From Eledone cirrhosa (taxonomy: Eukaryota): a stretch of 64,000 nt of DNA. Of the stretch, positions 1 to 15,000 are shown one piece after another (the stretch's first letter is position 1; each line of letters begins with the position of its first letter). The stretch lies in assembly GCA_964016885.1 (NCBI GenBank), contig OZ024741.1, positions 389,236,001-389,300,000 on the forward strand, written 5' to 3'. Below the pieces are notes generated by a model. That model did no database searches and was not told the DNA's origin. It saw only the letters and a program-made list of their open reading frames with translations. The position numbers were made by a program, and so were the translations under genes.

Positions 1-3000
1 GCTGACGGACAGACAGACAGTGCTCTTATTATATAGACTAGACGAAGCTGACGGACAGACAGACAGTGCTCTTATTATATAGACTAGACGAGGGCGACGG
101 ACAGACAGACAGTGCTTTTATTATATAGACTAGACGAGGCTGACGGACAGACAGACAGTGCTCTTATTATATAGACTAGACGAGGGCGACGGACAGACAG
201 ACAGTGCTTTTATTATATAGACTAGACGAGGCTGACGGACAGACAGACAGTGCTCTTATTATATAGACTAGACGAGGCTGACGGACAGACAGACAGTGCT
301 CTTATTATATAGACTAGACGAGGCTGAGGGACAGACAGAGCAGTGCTCTTATTATATAGACTAGACGAGGCTGACAGACAGACAGACAGTGCTCTTATTA
401 TATAGACTAGACGAGGCTGACGGACAGACAGACAGTGCTCTTATTATATAGACTAGACGAGGCTGACGGACAGACAGACAGTGCTCTTATTATATAGACT
501 AGACGAGGGCGAAGGACAGACAGACAGACAGTGCTCTTATTATATAGACTAGACGAGGCTGACGGACAGACAGACAGTGCTCTTATTATATAGACTAGAC
601 GAGGCTGACGGACAGACAGACAGTGCTCTTATTATATAGACTAGACGTGGCTGACGGATAGACAGACAGTGCTCTTATTATATAGACTAGACGAGGGCGA
701 CGGACAGACAGACATTGCTCTTATTATATAGACTAGACGAGGCTGACGGACAGACAGACAGTGCTCTTATTATATAGACTAGACGAGGCTGACGGACAGA
801 CAGACAGTGCTCTTATTATATAGACTAGACGAGGGCGACGGACAGACAGACAGTGCTTTTATTATATAGACTAGACGAGGGCGACGTACAGACAGACAGT
901 GCTTTTATTATATAGACTAGACGAGGGCGACGGACAGACAGACAGTGCTCTTATTATATAGACAAGACGAGGCTGACGGACAGACAGACAGTGCTCTTAT
1001 TATATAGACTAGACGAGGGCGACGGACAGACAGACAGACAGTGCTCTTATTATATAGACTAGACGAGGCTGACGGACAGACAGACAGTGCTCTTATTGTA
1101 TAGACTAGACGAGGCTGACGGACAGACAGACAGTGCTCTTATTATATAGACTAGACGAGGCCGACAGACAGACAGACAGTGCTCTTATTATATAGACTAG
1201 ACGAGGGCGACGGACAGACAGACAGTGCTCTTATTATATAGACTAGACGAGGCCGACGGACAGACAGACACTGCTCGTATTATATAGACTAGACGAGGCT
1301 GACGGACAGACAGACAGTGCTCTTATTATATAGACTAGACGAGGCTGACGGACAGACAGACAGTGCTCTTATTATATAGACTAGACGAGGCTGACGGACA
1401 GACAGACAGTGCTCTTATTATATAGACTAGACGAGGGCGACGGACAGACAGACAGTGCTCTTATTATATAGACTAGACGAGGCTGATGGACAGACAGACA
1501 CTGCTCGTATTATATAGACTAGACGAGGCTGACGGACAGACAGACAGTGCTCTTATTATATAGACTAGACGAGGCTGACGGACAGACAGACAGTTCTCTT
1601 ATTATATAGACTAGACGAGGGCGATGGACAGACAGACAGACAGTGCTCTTATTATATAGACTAGACGAGGCTGACGGACAGACAGACAGTGCTCTTATTA
1701 TATAGACTAGACGAGGGCGACGGACAGACAGACAGTGCTTTTATTATATAGACTAGACGAGGCTGACGGACAGACAGACAGTGCTCTTATTATATAGACT
1801 AGACGAGGGCGACGGACAGACAGACAGTGCTTTTATTATATAGACTAGACGAGGCTGACGGACAGACAGACAGTGCTCTTATTATATAGACTAGACGAGG
1901 CTGACGGACAGACAGACAGTGCTCTTATTATATAGACTAGACGAGGCTGAGGGACAGACAGACAGTGCTCTTATTATATAGACTAGACGAGGCTGACGGA
2001 CAGACAGACAGTGCTCTTATTATATAGACTAGACGAGGCTGACGGACAGACAGACAGTGCTCTTATTATATAGACTAGACGAGGCTGACGGACAGACAGA
2101 CAGTGCTCTTATTATATAGACTAGAAGAGGGCGACGGACAGACAGACAGACAGTGCTCTTATTATATAGACTAGACGAGGCTGACGGACAGACAGACACT
2201 GCTCTTATTATATAGACTAGACGAGGCTGACGGACAGACAGACAGTGCTCTTATTATATAGACTAGACGAGGGCGACGGACAGACAGACATTGCTCTTAT
2301 TATATAGACTAGACGAGGCTGACGGACAGACAGACAGTGCTCTTATTATATAGACTAGACGAGGCTGACGGACAGACAGACAGTGCTCTTATTATATAGA
2401 CTAGACGAGGGCGACGGACAGACAGACAGTGCTTTTATTATATAGACTAGACGAGGGCGACGTACAGACAGACAGTGCTTTTATTATATAGACTAGACGA
2501 GGGCGACGGACAGACAGACAGTGCTCTTATTATATAGACAAGACGAGGCTGACGGACAGACAGACAGTGCTCTTATTATATAGACTAGACGAGGGCGACG
2601 GACAGACAGACAGACAGTGCTCTTATTATATAGACTAGACGAGGCTGACGGACAGACAGACAGTGCTCTTATTGTATAGACTAGACGAGGCTGACGGACA
2701 GACAGACAGTGCTCTTATTATATAGACTAGACGAGGCCGACAGACAGACAGACAGTGCTCTTATTATATAGACTAGACGAGGGCGACGGACAGACAGACA
2801 GACAGTGCTTTTATTATATAGACTAGACGAGGGCGACGGACAGACAGACAGTGCTCTTATTATATAGACTAGACGAGGCCGACGGACAGACAGACACTGC
2901 TCGTATTATATAGACTAGACGAGGCTGACGGACAGACAGACAGTGCTCTTATTATATAGACTAGACGAGGCTGACGGACAGACAGACAGTTCTCTTATTA

Positions 3001-6000
3001 TATAGACTAGACGAGGGCGATGGACAGACAGACAGACAGTGCTCTTATTATATAGACTAGACGAGGCTGACGGACAGACAGACAGTGCTCTTATTATATA
3101 GACTAGACGAGGGCGACGGACAGATAGACAGTGCTCTTATTATATAGACTAGACGAGGCTGATGGACAGACAGACAGTGCTCTTATTATATAGACTAGAC
3201 GAGGCTGACGGACAGACAGACAGTGCTCTTATTATATAGACTAGACGAGGGCGACGGACAGACAGACAGTGCTCTTATTATATAGACTAGACGAGGCTGA
3301 CGGACAGACAGACAGTGCTCTTATTATATAGACTAGACGAGGCTGAAGGACAGATAGACAGTGCTCTTATTATATAGACTAGACGAGGCTGACGGACAGA
3401 CAGACAGTGCTCTTATTATATAGACTAGACGAGGGCGACGGACAGACAGACAGTGCTCTTATTATATAGACTAGACGAGGCTGACGGACAGACAGACAGT
3501 GCTCTTATTATATAGACTAGACGAGGCTGACGGACAGACAGACAGTGCTCTTATTATATAGACTAGACGAGGGCGACGGACAGACAGACAGTGCTTTTAT
3601 TATATAGACTAGACGAGGGCGACGGACAGACAGACAGTGCTTTTATTATATAGACTAGACGAGGGCGACGTACAGACAGACAGTGCTTTTATTATATAGA
3701 CTGGACGAGGGCGACGGACAGACAGACAGTGCTCTCATTATATAGACAAGACGAGGCTGGCGGACAGACAGACAGTGCTCTTATTATATAGACTAGACGA
3801 GGCCGACGGACAGACAGACAGTGCTCTTATTATATAGACTAGACGAGGCCGACGGACAGACAGACAGTGCTCTTATTATATAGACTAGACGAGGCCGACG
3901 GACAGACAGACAGTGCTCTTATTATATAGACTAGACGAGGCCGACGGACAGACAGACAGTGTTCTTATTATATAGACTAGACGAGGCCGACGGACAGACA
4001 GACAGTGCTCTTATTATATAGACTAGACGTGGCTGACGGATAGACAGACAGTGCTCTTATTATATAGACTAGACGAGGCTGACTGACAGACAGACAGTGC
4101 TCTTATTATATAGACTAGACGAGGGCGACGGACAGACAGACAGTGCTCTTATTATATAGACTAGACGAGGCTGACGGACAGACAGACAGTGCTCTTATTA
4201 TATAGACTAGACGTGGCTGACGGATAGACAGACAGTGCTCTTATTATATAGACTAGACGAGGCTGACTGACAGACAGACAGTGCTCTTATTATATAGACT
4301 AGACGAGGGCGACTTACAGACAGACAGTGCTCTTATTATATAGACTAGACGAGGCTGACGGACAGACAGACAGTGCTCTTATTATATAGACTAGACGAGG
4401 CCGACGGACAGACAGACAGTGCTCTTATTATATAGACTAGACGAGGGCGACTTACAGACAGACAGTGCTCTTATTATATACACTAGACGAGGCTGACGGA
4501 CAGACAGACAGTGCTCTTATTATATAGACTAGACGTGGCTGACGGATAGACAGACAGTGCTCTTATTATATAGACTAGACGAGGCTGACGGACAGACAGA
4601 CAGTGCTCTTATTATATAGACTAGACGAGGCTGACGGACAGACAGACAGTGCTCTTATTATATAGACTAGACGAGGCTGACTGACAGACAGACAGTGCTC
4701 TTATTATATAGACTAGACGAGGGCGACTTACAGACAGACAGTGCTCTTATTATATAGACTAGACGAGGCTGACGGACAGACAGACAGTGCTCTTATTATA
4801 TAGACTAGACGTGGCTGACGGATAGACAGACAGTGCTCTTATTATATAGACTAGACGAGGCTGACGGACAGACAGACAGTGCTCTTATTATATAGACTAG
4901 ACGAGGGCGACGGACAGACAGACAGTGCTCTTATTATATAGACTAGACGAGGCTGACGGACAGACAGACAGTGCTCTTATTATATAGACTAGACGAGGCC
5001 GACGGACAGACAGACAGTGCTCTTATTATATAGACTAGACGAGGGCGACGTACAGACAGAGAGTGCTTTTATTATATAGACTAGACGAGGGCGACGGACA
5101 GACAGACAGTGCTCTTATTATATAGACTAGACGAGGGCGACAGACAGACAGTGCTCTTATTATATAGACTAGAGGAGGGCGACAGACAGACAGTGCTCTT
5201 ATTATATAGACTAGACGAGGCCGACGGACAGACAGACAGTGCTCTTATTATATAGACTAGACGAGGGCGACGTACAGACAGACAGTGCTTTTATTATATA
5301 GACTAGACGAGGGCGACGGACAGACAGACAGTGCTCTTATTATATAGACTAGACGAGGGCGACAGACAGACAGACAGTGCTCTTATTGTATAGACTAGAC
5401 GAGGCCGACGGACAGACAGACAGTGCTTTTATTATATAGACTAGACGAGGGCGACAGACAGACAGACAATGCTCTTATTATATAGACTAGACGAGGGCGA
5501 CGGACAGACAGACAGTGCTTTTATTATTTAGACTAGACGAGGGCGACAGACAGACAGACAGTGCTCTTATTATATAGACTAGACGAGGGCGACGGACAGA
5601 CAGACAGTGCTCTTATTATATAGACTAGACGAGGCTGACGGACAGAGAGACAGTGCTTTTATTATATAGACTAGACGAGGGCGACGGACAGACAGACAGT
5701 GCTCTTATTATATAGACTAGACGAGGGCGACGGACAGACAGACAGTGCTCTTATTATATAGACTAGACGAGGGGGACGGACAGACAGACAGTGCTCTTAT
5801 TATATAGACTAGACGAGGGCGACGGACAGACAGACAGTGCTCTTATTATATAGACTAGACGAGGCCGAAGGACAGACAGACAGTGCTCTTATTATATAGA
5901 CTAGACGAGGGCGACGTACAGACAGACAGTGCTTATATTATATAGACTAGACGAGGGCGACGGACAGACAGACAGTGCTCTTATTATATAGACTAGACGA

Positions 6001-9000
6001 GGCCGACAGACAGACAGACAGACAGTGCTCTTATTATATAGACTAGACGAGGGCGACGGACAGACAGACAGTGCTCTTATTATATAGACTAGACTAGGCC
6101 GACGGACAGACAGACAGTGCTCTTATTATATAGACTAGACGAGGGCGACAGACAGACAGACAGTGCTCTTATTATATAGACTAGACGAGGGCGACAGACA
6201 GATAGACAGTGCTCTTATTATATAGACTAGACGAGGGCGACAGACAGATAGACAGTGCTCTTATTATATAGACTAGACTAGGCCGACAGACAGACAGACA
6301 GTGCTCTTATTATATAGACTAGACGAGGGCGACGTACAGACAGACAGTGCTTTTATTATATAGACTAGACGAGGGCGACGGACAGACAGACAGTGCTCTT
6401 ATTATATAGACTAGACGAGGGCGACAGACAGACAGACAGTGCTCTTATTATATAGACTAGACGAGGGCGACAGACAGACAGACAGTGCTCTTATTATATA
6501 GACTAGACGAGGGCGACGGACAGACAGACAGTGCTCTTATTATATAGACTAGACGAGGTTGACGGACAGACAGACAGTGCTTTTATTATATAGACTAGAC
6601 GAGGGCGACAGACAGACAGACAGTGCTCTTATTATATAGACTAGACGAGGGCGACGGACAGACAGACAGTGCTCTTATTATATAGACTAGACGAGGGCGA
6701 CAAACAGACAGTGCTCTTATTATATAGACTAGACGAGGGCGACAGACAGACAGACAGTGCTCTTATTATATAGACTAGACGAGGGCGACAGACAAACAGA
6801 CAGTGCTCTTATTATATAGACTAGACGAGGGCGACAAACAGACAGACAGTGCTCTTATTATATAGACTAGACGAGGGCGACGGACAGGCAGACAGTGCTC
6901 TTATTATATAGACTAGACGAGGGCGACAGACAGACAGACAGTGCTGTTATTATATAGACTAGACGAGGGCGACAGACAGACAGACAGTGCTCTTATTATA
7001 TAGACTAGCCGAGGGCGACAGACAGACAGACAGTGCTCCTATTATATAGACTAGACGAGGGCGACGGACAGACAGACAGTGCTCTTATTATATAGACTAG
7101 ACGAGGGCGACGGACAGACAGACAGTGCTCTTATTATATAGACTAGACGAGGGCGACGGACAGACAGACAGTGCTCTTATTATATAGACTAGACGAGGGC
7201 GACGGACAGACAGACAGTGCTCTTATTATATAGACTAGACGAGGCTGACGGACAGACAGACAGTGCTCTTATTATATAGACTAGACGAGGCCGACGGACA
7301 GACAGACAGTGCTTTTATTATATAGACTAGACAAGGGCGACGGACAGACAGACAGTGCTTTTATTATATAGACTAGACGAGGCTGACGGACAGACAGACA
7401 GTGCTCTTATTATATAGACTAGACGAGGGCGACGGACAGACAGACAGTGCTCTTATTATATAGACTAGACGAGGGCAACGGACAGACAGACAGTGCTCTT
7501 ATTATATAGACTAGACGAGGGTGACGGACAGACAGACAGTGCTTTTATTATATAGACTAGACGAGGGCGACGGACAGACAGACAGTGCTTTTATTATATA
7601 GACTAGACGAGGCTGACGGACAGACAGACAGTGCTCTTATTATATAGACTAGACGAGGGCGACGGACAGACAGACAGTGCTCTTATTATATAGACTAGAC
7701 GAGGCTGACGGACAGATAGACAGTGCTCTTATTATATAGACTAGACGAGGCTGACGGACAGATAGACAGTGCTCTTATTATATAGACTAGACGAGGGCGA
7801 CGGACAGACAGACAGTGCTTTTATTATATAGACTAGACGAGGATGACGGACAGACAGACAGTGCTCTTATTATATAGACTAGACGAGGCTGACGGACAGA
7901 CAAACAGTGCTCTTATTATATAGACTAGACGAGTGCGACAGACAGACAGTGCTCTTATTATATAGACTAGAGGAGGGCGACAGACAGACAGACAGTGCTC
8001 TTATTATATAGACTAGACGAGGCCGACGGACAGACAGACAGTGCTCTTATTATATAGACTAGACGAGGGCGACGGACAGACAGACAGTGCTTTTATTATA
8101 TAGACTAGACGAGGGCGACGGACAGACAGACAGTGCTCTTATTATATAGACTAGACGAGGGCGACGGACAGACAGACAGTGCTTTTATTATATAGACTAG
8201 ACGAGGGCGACGGACAGACAGACAGTGCTCTTATTATATAGACTAGACGAGGGCGACGGACAGACAGACAGTGCTCTTATTATATAGACTAGACGAGGGC
8301 GACGGACAGACAGACAGTGCTTTTATTATATAGACTAGACGAGGATGACGGACAGACAGACAGTGCTCTTATTATATAGACTAGACGAGGCTGACGGACA
8401 GACAAACAGTGCTCTTATTATATAGACTAGACGAGTGCGACAGACAGACAGTGCTCTTATTATATAGACTAGAGGAGGGCGACAGACAGACAGACAGTGC
8501 TCTTATTATATAGACTAGACGAGGCCGACGGACAGACAGACAGTGCTCTTATTATATAGACTAGACGAGGGCGACGTACAGACAGACAGTGCTCTTATTA
8601 TATAGACTAGACGAGTGCGACAGACAGACAGTGCTCTTATTATATAGACTAGACGAGGCTGACGGACTGACTGACAGTGCTCTTATTATATAGACTAGAC
8701 GAGGGCGACGGACAGACAAACAGTGCTCTTATTATATAGACTAGACGAGTGCGACAGACAGACAGACAGTGCTCTTATTATATAGACTAGAGGAGGGCGA
8801 CAGACAGACAGACAGTGCTCTTATTATATAGACTAGACGAGGCCGACGGACAGACAGACAGTGCTCTTATTATATAGACTAGACGAGGGCGACGGACAGA
8901 CAGACAGTGCTTTTATTATATAGACTAGACGAGGGCGACGGACAGACAGACAGTGCTCTTATTATATAGACTAGACGAGGGCGACGGACAGACAGACAGT

Positions 9001-12000
9001 GCTCTTATTATATAGACTAGACGAGGGCGACGGACAGACAGACAGTGCTTTTATTATATAGACTAGACGAGGGCGACGGACAGACAGACAGTGCTCTTAT
9101 TATATAGACTAGACGAGGGCGACGGACAGACAGACAGTGCTTTTATTATATAGACTAGACGAGGCTGACGGACAGACAGACAGACAGTGCTCTTATTATA
9201 TAGACTAGACGAGGCTGACGGACAGACAGACAGTGCTCTTATTATATAGACTAGACGAGGGCGACGGACAGACAGACAGTGCTTTTATTATATAGACTAG
9301 ACGAGGCTGACGGACAGACAGACAGACAGTGCTTTTATTATATAGACTAGACGAGGCTGGCGGACAGACAGACAATGCTCTTATTATATAGACTAGACGA
9401 GGGCGACGGACAGACAGACAGTGCTCTTATTATATAGACTAGACGAGGGCGACGGACAGACGGACAGTGCTCTTATTATATAGACTAGACGAGGGCGACG
9501 GACAGACAGACAGTGCTCTTATTATATAGACTAGACGAGGGCGACGGACAGACAGACAGTGCTCTTATTATATAGACTAGACGAGGGCGACGAACAGACA
9601 GACAGTGCTCTTATTATATAGACTAGACGAGGGCGACGGACAGACAGATAGTGCTTTTATTATATAGACTAGACGAGGGCGACGGACAGACAGACAGTGC
9701 TTTTATTATATAGACTAGACGAGGATGACGGACAGACAGACAGTGCTCTTATTATATAGACTAGACGAGGCTGACGGACAGACAGACAGTGCTCTTATTA
9801 TATAGACTAGACGAGGGCGACGGACAGACAGACAGTGCTTTTATTATATAGACTAGACGAGGGCGACGGACAGACAGACAGTGCTCTTATTATATAGACT
9901 AGACGAGGCCGACGGACAGACAGACAGTGCTTTTATTATATAGACTAGACGAGGGCGACGGACAGACAGACAGTGCTCTTATTATATAGACTAGACGAGG
10001 GCGACGGACAGACAGACAGTGCTTTTATTATATAGACTAGACGAGGGCGACGTACAGACAGACAGTGCTTTTATTATATAGACTAGACGAGGGCGACGGA
10101 CAGACAGACAGTGCTCTTATTATATAGACAAGACGAGGCTGACGGACAGACAGACAGTGCTCTTATTATATAGACTAGACGAGGGCGACGGACAGACAGA
10201 CAGACAGTGCTCTTATTATATAGACTAGACGAGGCTGACGGACAGACAGACAGTGCTCTTATTGTATAGACTAGACGAGGCTGACGGACAGACAGACAGT
10301 GCTCTTATTATATAGACTAGACGAGGCCGACAGACAGACAGACAGTGCTCTTATTATATAGACTAGACGAGGGCGACGGACAGACAGACAGACAGTGCTC
10401 TTATTATATAGACTAGACGAGGCTGACGGACAGACAGACAGACAGACAGTGCTCTTATTATATAGACTAGACGAGGGCGACGGACAGACAGACAGTGCTC
10501 TTATTATATAGACTAGACGAGGCCGACGGACAGACAGACACTGCTCGTATTATATAGACTAGACGAGGCTGACGGACAGACAGACAGTGCTCTTATTATA
10601 TAGACTAGACGAGGCTGACGGACAGACAGACAGTTCTCTTATTATATAGACTAGACGAGGGCGATGGACAGACAGACAGACAGTGCTCTTATTATATAGA
10701 CTAGACGAGGCTGACGGACAGACAGACAGTGCTCTTATTATATAGACTAGACGAGGGCGACGGACAGACAGACAGTGCTCTTATTATATAGACTAGACGA
10801 GGCTGATGGACAGACAGACAGTGCTCTTATTATATAGACTAGACGAGGCTGACGGACAGACAGACAGTGCTCTTATTATATAGACTAGACGAGGGCGACG
10901 GACAGACAGACAGTGCTCTTATTATATAGACTAGACGAGGCTGACGGACAGACAGACAGTGCTCTTATTATATAGACTAGACGAGGCTGACGGACAGATA
11001 GACAGTGCTCTTATTATATAGACTAGACGAGGCTGACGGACAGACAGACAGTGCTCTTATTATATAGACTAGACGAGGGCGACGGACAGACAGACAGTGC
11101 TCTTATTATATAGACTAGACGAGGCTGACGGACAGACAGACAGTGCTCTTATTATATAGACTAGACGAGGCTGACGGACAGACAGACAGTGCTCTTATTA
11201 TATAGACTAGACGAGGCCGACAGACAGACAGACAGTGCTCTTATTATATAGACTAGACGAGGGCGACGGACAGACAGACAGACAGTGCTCTTATTATATA
11301 GACTAGACGAGGCTGACGGACAGACAGACAGACAGACAGTGCTCTTATTATATAGACTAGACGAGGGCGACGGACAGACAGACAGTGCTCTTATTATATA
11401 GACTAGACGAGGCCGACGGACAGACAGACACTGCTCGTATTATATAGACTAGACGAGGCTGACGGACAGACAGACAGTGCTCTTATTATATAGACTAGAC
11501 GAGGCTGACGGACAGACAGACAGTTCTCTTATTATATAGACTAGACGAGGGCGATGGACAGACAGACAGACAGTGCTCTTATTATATAGACTAGACGAGG
11601 CTGACGGACAGACAGACAGTGCTCTTATTATATAGACTAGACGAGGGCGACGGACAGACAGACAGTGCTCTTATTATATAGACTAGACGAGGCTGATGGA
11701 CAGACAGACAGTGCTCTTATTATATAGACTAGACGAGGCTGACGGACAGACAGACAGTGCTCTTATTATATAGACTAGACGAGGGCGACGGACAGACAGA
11801 CAGTGCTCTTATTATATAGACTAGACGAGGCTGACGGACAGACAGACAGTGCTCTTATTATATAGACTAGACGAGGCTGACGGACAGATAGACAGTGCTC
11901 TTATTATATAGACTAGACGAGGCTGACGGACAGACAGACAGTGCTCTTATTATATAGACTAGACGAGGGCGACGGACAGACAGACAGTGCTCTTATTATA

Positions 12001-15000
12001 TAGACTAGACGAGGCTGACGGACAGACAGACAGTGCTCTTATTATATAGACTAGACGAGGCTGACGGACAGACAGACAGTGCTCTTATTATATAGACTAG
12101 ACGAGGGCGACGGACAGACAGACAGTGCTTTTATTATATAGACTAGACGAGGGCGACGGACAGACAGACAGTGCTTTTATTATATAGACTAGACGAGGGC
12201 GACGTACAGACAGACAGTGCTTTTATTATATAGACTGGACGAGGGCGACGGACAGACAGACAGTGCTCTCATTATATAGACAAGACGAGGCTGGCGGACA
12301 GACAGACAGTGCTCTTATTATATAGACTAGACGAGGCCGACGGACAGACAGACAGTGCTCTTATTATATAGACTAGACGAGGCCGACGGACAGACAGACA
12401 GTGCTCTTATTATATAGACTAGACGAGGCCGACGGACAGACAGACAGTGCTCTTATTATATAGACTAGACGAGGCCGACGGACAGACAGACAGTGCTCTT
12501 ATTATATAGACTAGACGAGGCCGACGGACAGACAGACAGTGCTCTTATTATATAGACTAGACGTGGCTGACGGATAGACAGACAGTGCTCTTATTATATA
12601 GACTAGACGAGGGCGACGGACAGACAGACAGTGCTCTTATTATATAGACTAGACGAGGCTGACGGACAGACAGACAGTGCTCTTATTATATAGACTAGAC
12701 GAGGCCGACGGACAGACAGACAGTGCTCTTATTATATAGACTAGACGAGGGCGACGTACAGACAGAGAGTGCTTTTATTATATAGACTAGACGAGGGCGA
12801 CGGACAGACAGACAGTGCTCTTATTATATAGACTAGACGAGGGCGACAGACAGACAGTGCTCTTATTATATAGACTAGAGGAGGGCGACAGACAGACAGT
12901 GCTCTTATTATATAGACTAGACGAGGGCGACGGACAGACAGACAGTGCTCTTATTATATAGACTAGACGAGGGCGACGTACAGACAGACAGTGCTTTTAT
13001 TATATAGACTAGACGAGGCGACGGACAGACAGACAGTGCTCTTATTATATAGACTAGACGAGGGCGACGGACAGACAGACAGTGCTCTTATTATATAGAC
13101 TAGACGAGGGCGACGGACAGACAGACAGTGCTCTTATTATATAGACTAGACGAGGGCGACGGACAGACAGACAGTGCTCTTATTATATAGACTAGACGAG
13201 GGCGACGGACAGACAGACAGTGCTCTTATTATATAGACTAGACGAGGTCGACGGACAGACAGACAGTGCTCTTATTATATAGACTAGACGAGGCCGAAGG
13301 ACAGACAGACAGTGCTCTTATTATATAGACTAGACGAGGGCGACGTACAGACAGACAGTGCTTATATTATATAGACTAGACGAGGGCGACGGACAGACAG
13401 ACAGTGCTCTTATTATATAGACTAGACGAGGCTGACGGAGAGACAGACAGTGCTCTTATTATGTCGACTAGACGAGGGCGACGTACAGACAGACAGTGCT
13501 TTTATTATATAGACTAGACGAGGGCGACGGACAGACAGACAGTGCTCTTATTATATAGACTAGACGAGGGCGACAGACAGACAGACAGTGCTCTTATTAT
13601 ATAGACTAGATGAGGGCGACAGACAGACAGACAGTGCTCTTATTATATAGACTAGACGAGGGCGACAGACAGACAGACAGTGCTCTTATTATATAGACTA
13701 GACGAGGCCGACAGACAGACAGACAGACAGTGCTCTTATTATATAGACTAGACGAGGGCGACGGACAGACAGACAGTGCTCTTATTATATAGACTAGACT
13801 AGGCCGACGGACAGACAGACAGTGCTCTTATTATATAGACTAGACGAGGGCGACGTACAGACAGACAGTGCTTTTATTATATAGACTAGACGAGGGCGAC
13901 GGACAGAGAGACAGTGCTTTTATTATATAGACTAGACGAGGATGACGGACAGACAGACAGTGCTCTTATTATATAGACTAGACGAGGCTGACGGACAGAC
14001 AGACAGTGCTCTTATTATATAGACTAGACGAGGGCGACGGACAGACAGACAGTGCTTTTATTATATAGACTAGACGAGGGCGACGGACAGACAGACAGTG
14101 CTCTTATTATATAGAGTAGACGAGGGCGACGGATAGACAGACAGTGCTTTTATTATAGAGACTAGACGAGGGCGACGGACAGACAGACAGTGCTCTTATT
14201 ATATAGACTAGACGAGGGGGACGGACAGACAGACAGTGCTTTTATTATATAGACTAGACGAGGGCGACGGACAGACAGACAGTGCTTTTATTATATAGAC
14301 TAGACGAGGCTGACGGACAGACGGACAGTGCTCTTATTATATAGACTAGACGAGGGCGACGGACAGACAGACAGTGCTCTTATTATATAGACTAGACGAG
14401 GGCGACGGACAGACGGACAGTGCTCTTATTATATAGACTAGACGAGGGCGACGGACAGACAGACAGTGCTCTTATTATATAGACTAGACGAGGGCGACGG
14501 ACAGACAGACAGTGCTCTTATTATATAGACTAGACGAGGGCGACGGACAGACAGACAGTGCTCTTATTATATAGACTAGACGAGGGCGACGGACAGACAG
14601 ATAGTGCTTTTATTATATAGACTAGACGAGGGCGACGGACAGACAGACAGTGCTTTTATTATATAGACTAGACGAGGATGACGGACAGACAGACAGTGCT
14701 CTTATTATATAGACTAGACGAGGCTGACCGACAGACAGACAGTGCTCTTATTATATAGACTAGACGAGGGCGACGGACAGACAGACAGTGCTTTTATTAT
14801 ATAGACTAGACGAGGGCGACGGACAGACAGACAGTGCTCTTATTATATAGACTAGACGAGGCCGACGGACAGACAGACAGTGCTTTTATTATATAGACTA
14901 GACGAGGGCGACGGACAGACAGACAGTGCTCTTATTATATAGACTAGACGAGGGCGACGGACAGACAGACAGTGCTTTTATTATATAGACTAGACGAGGC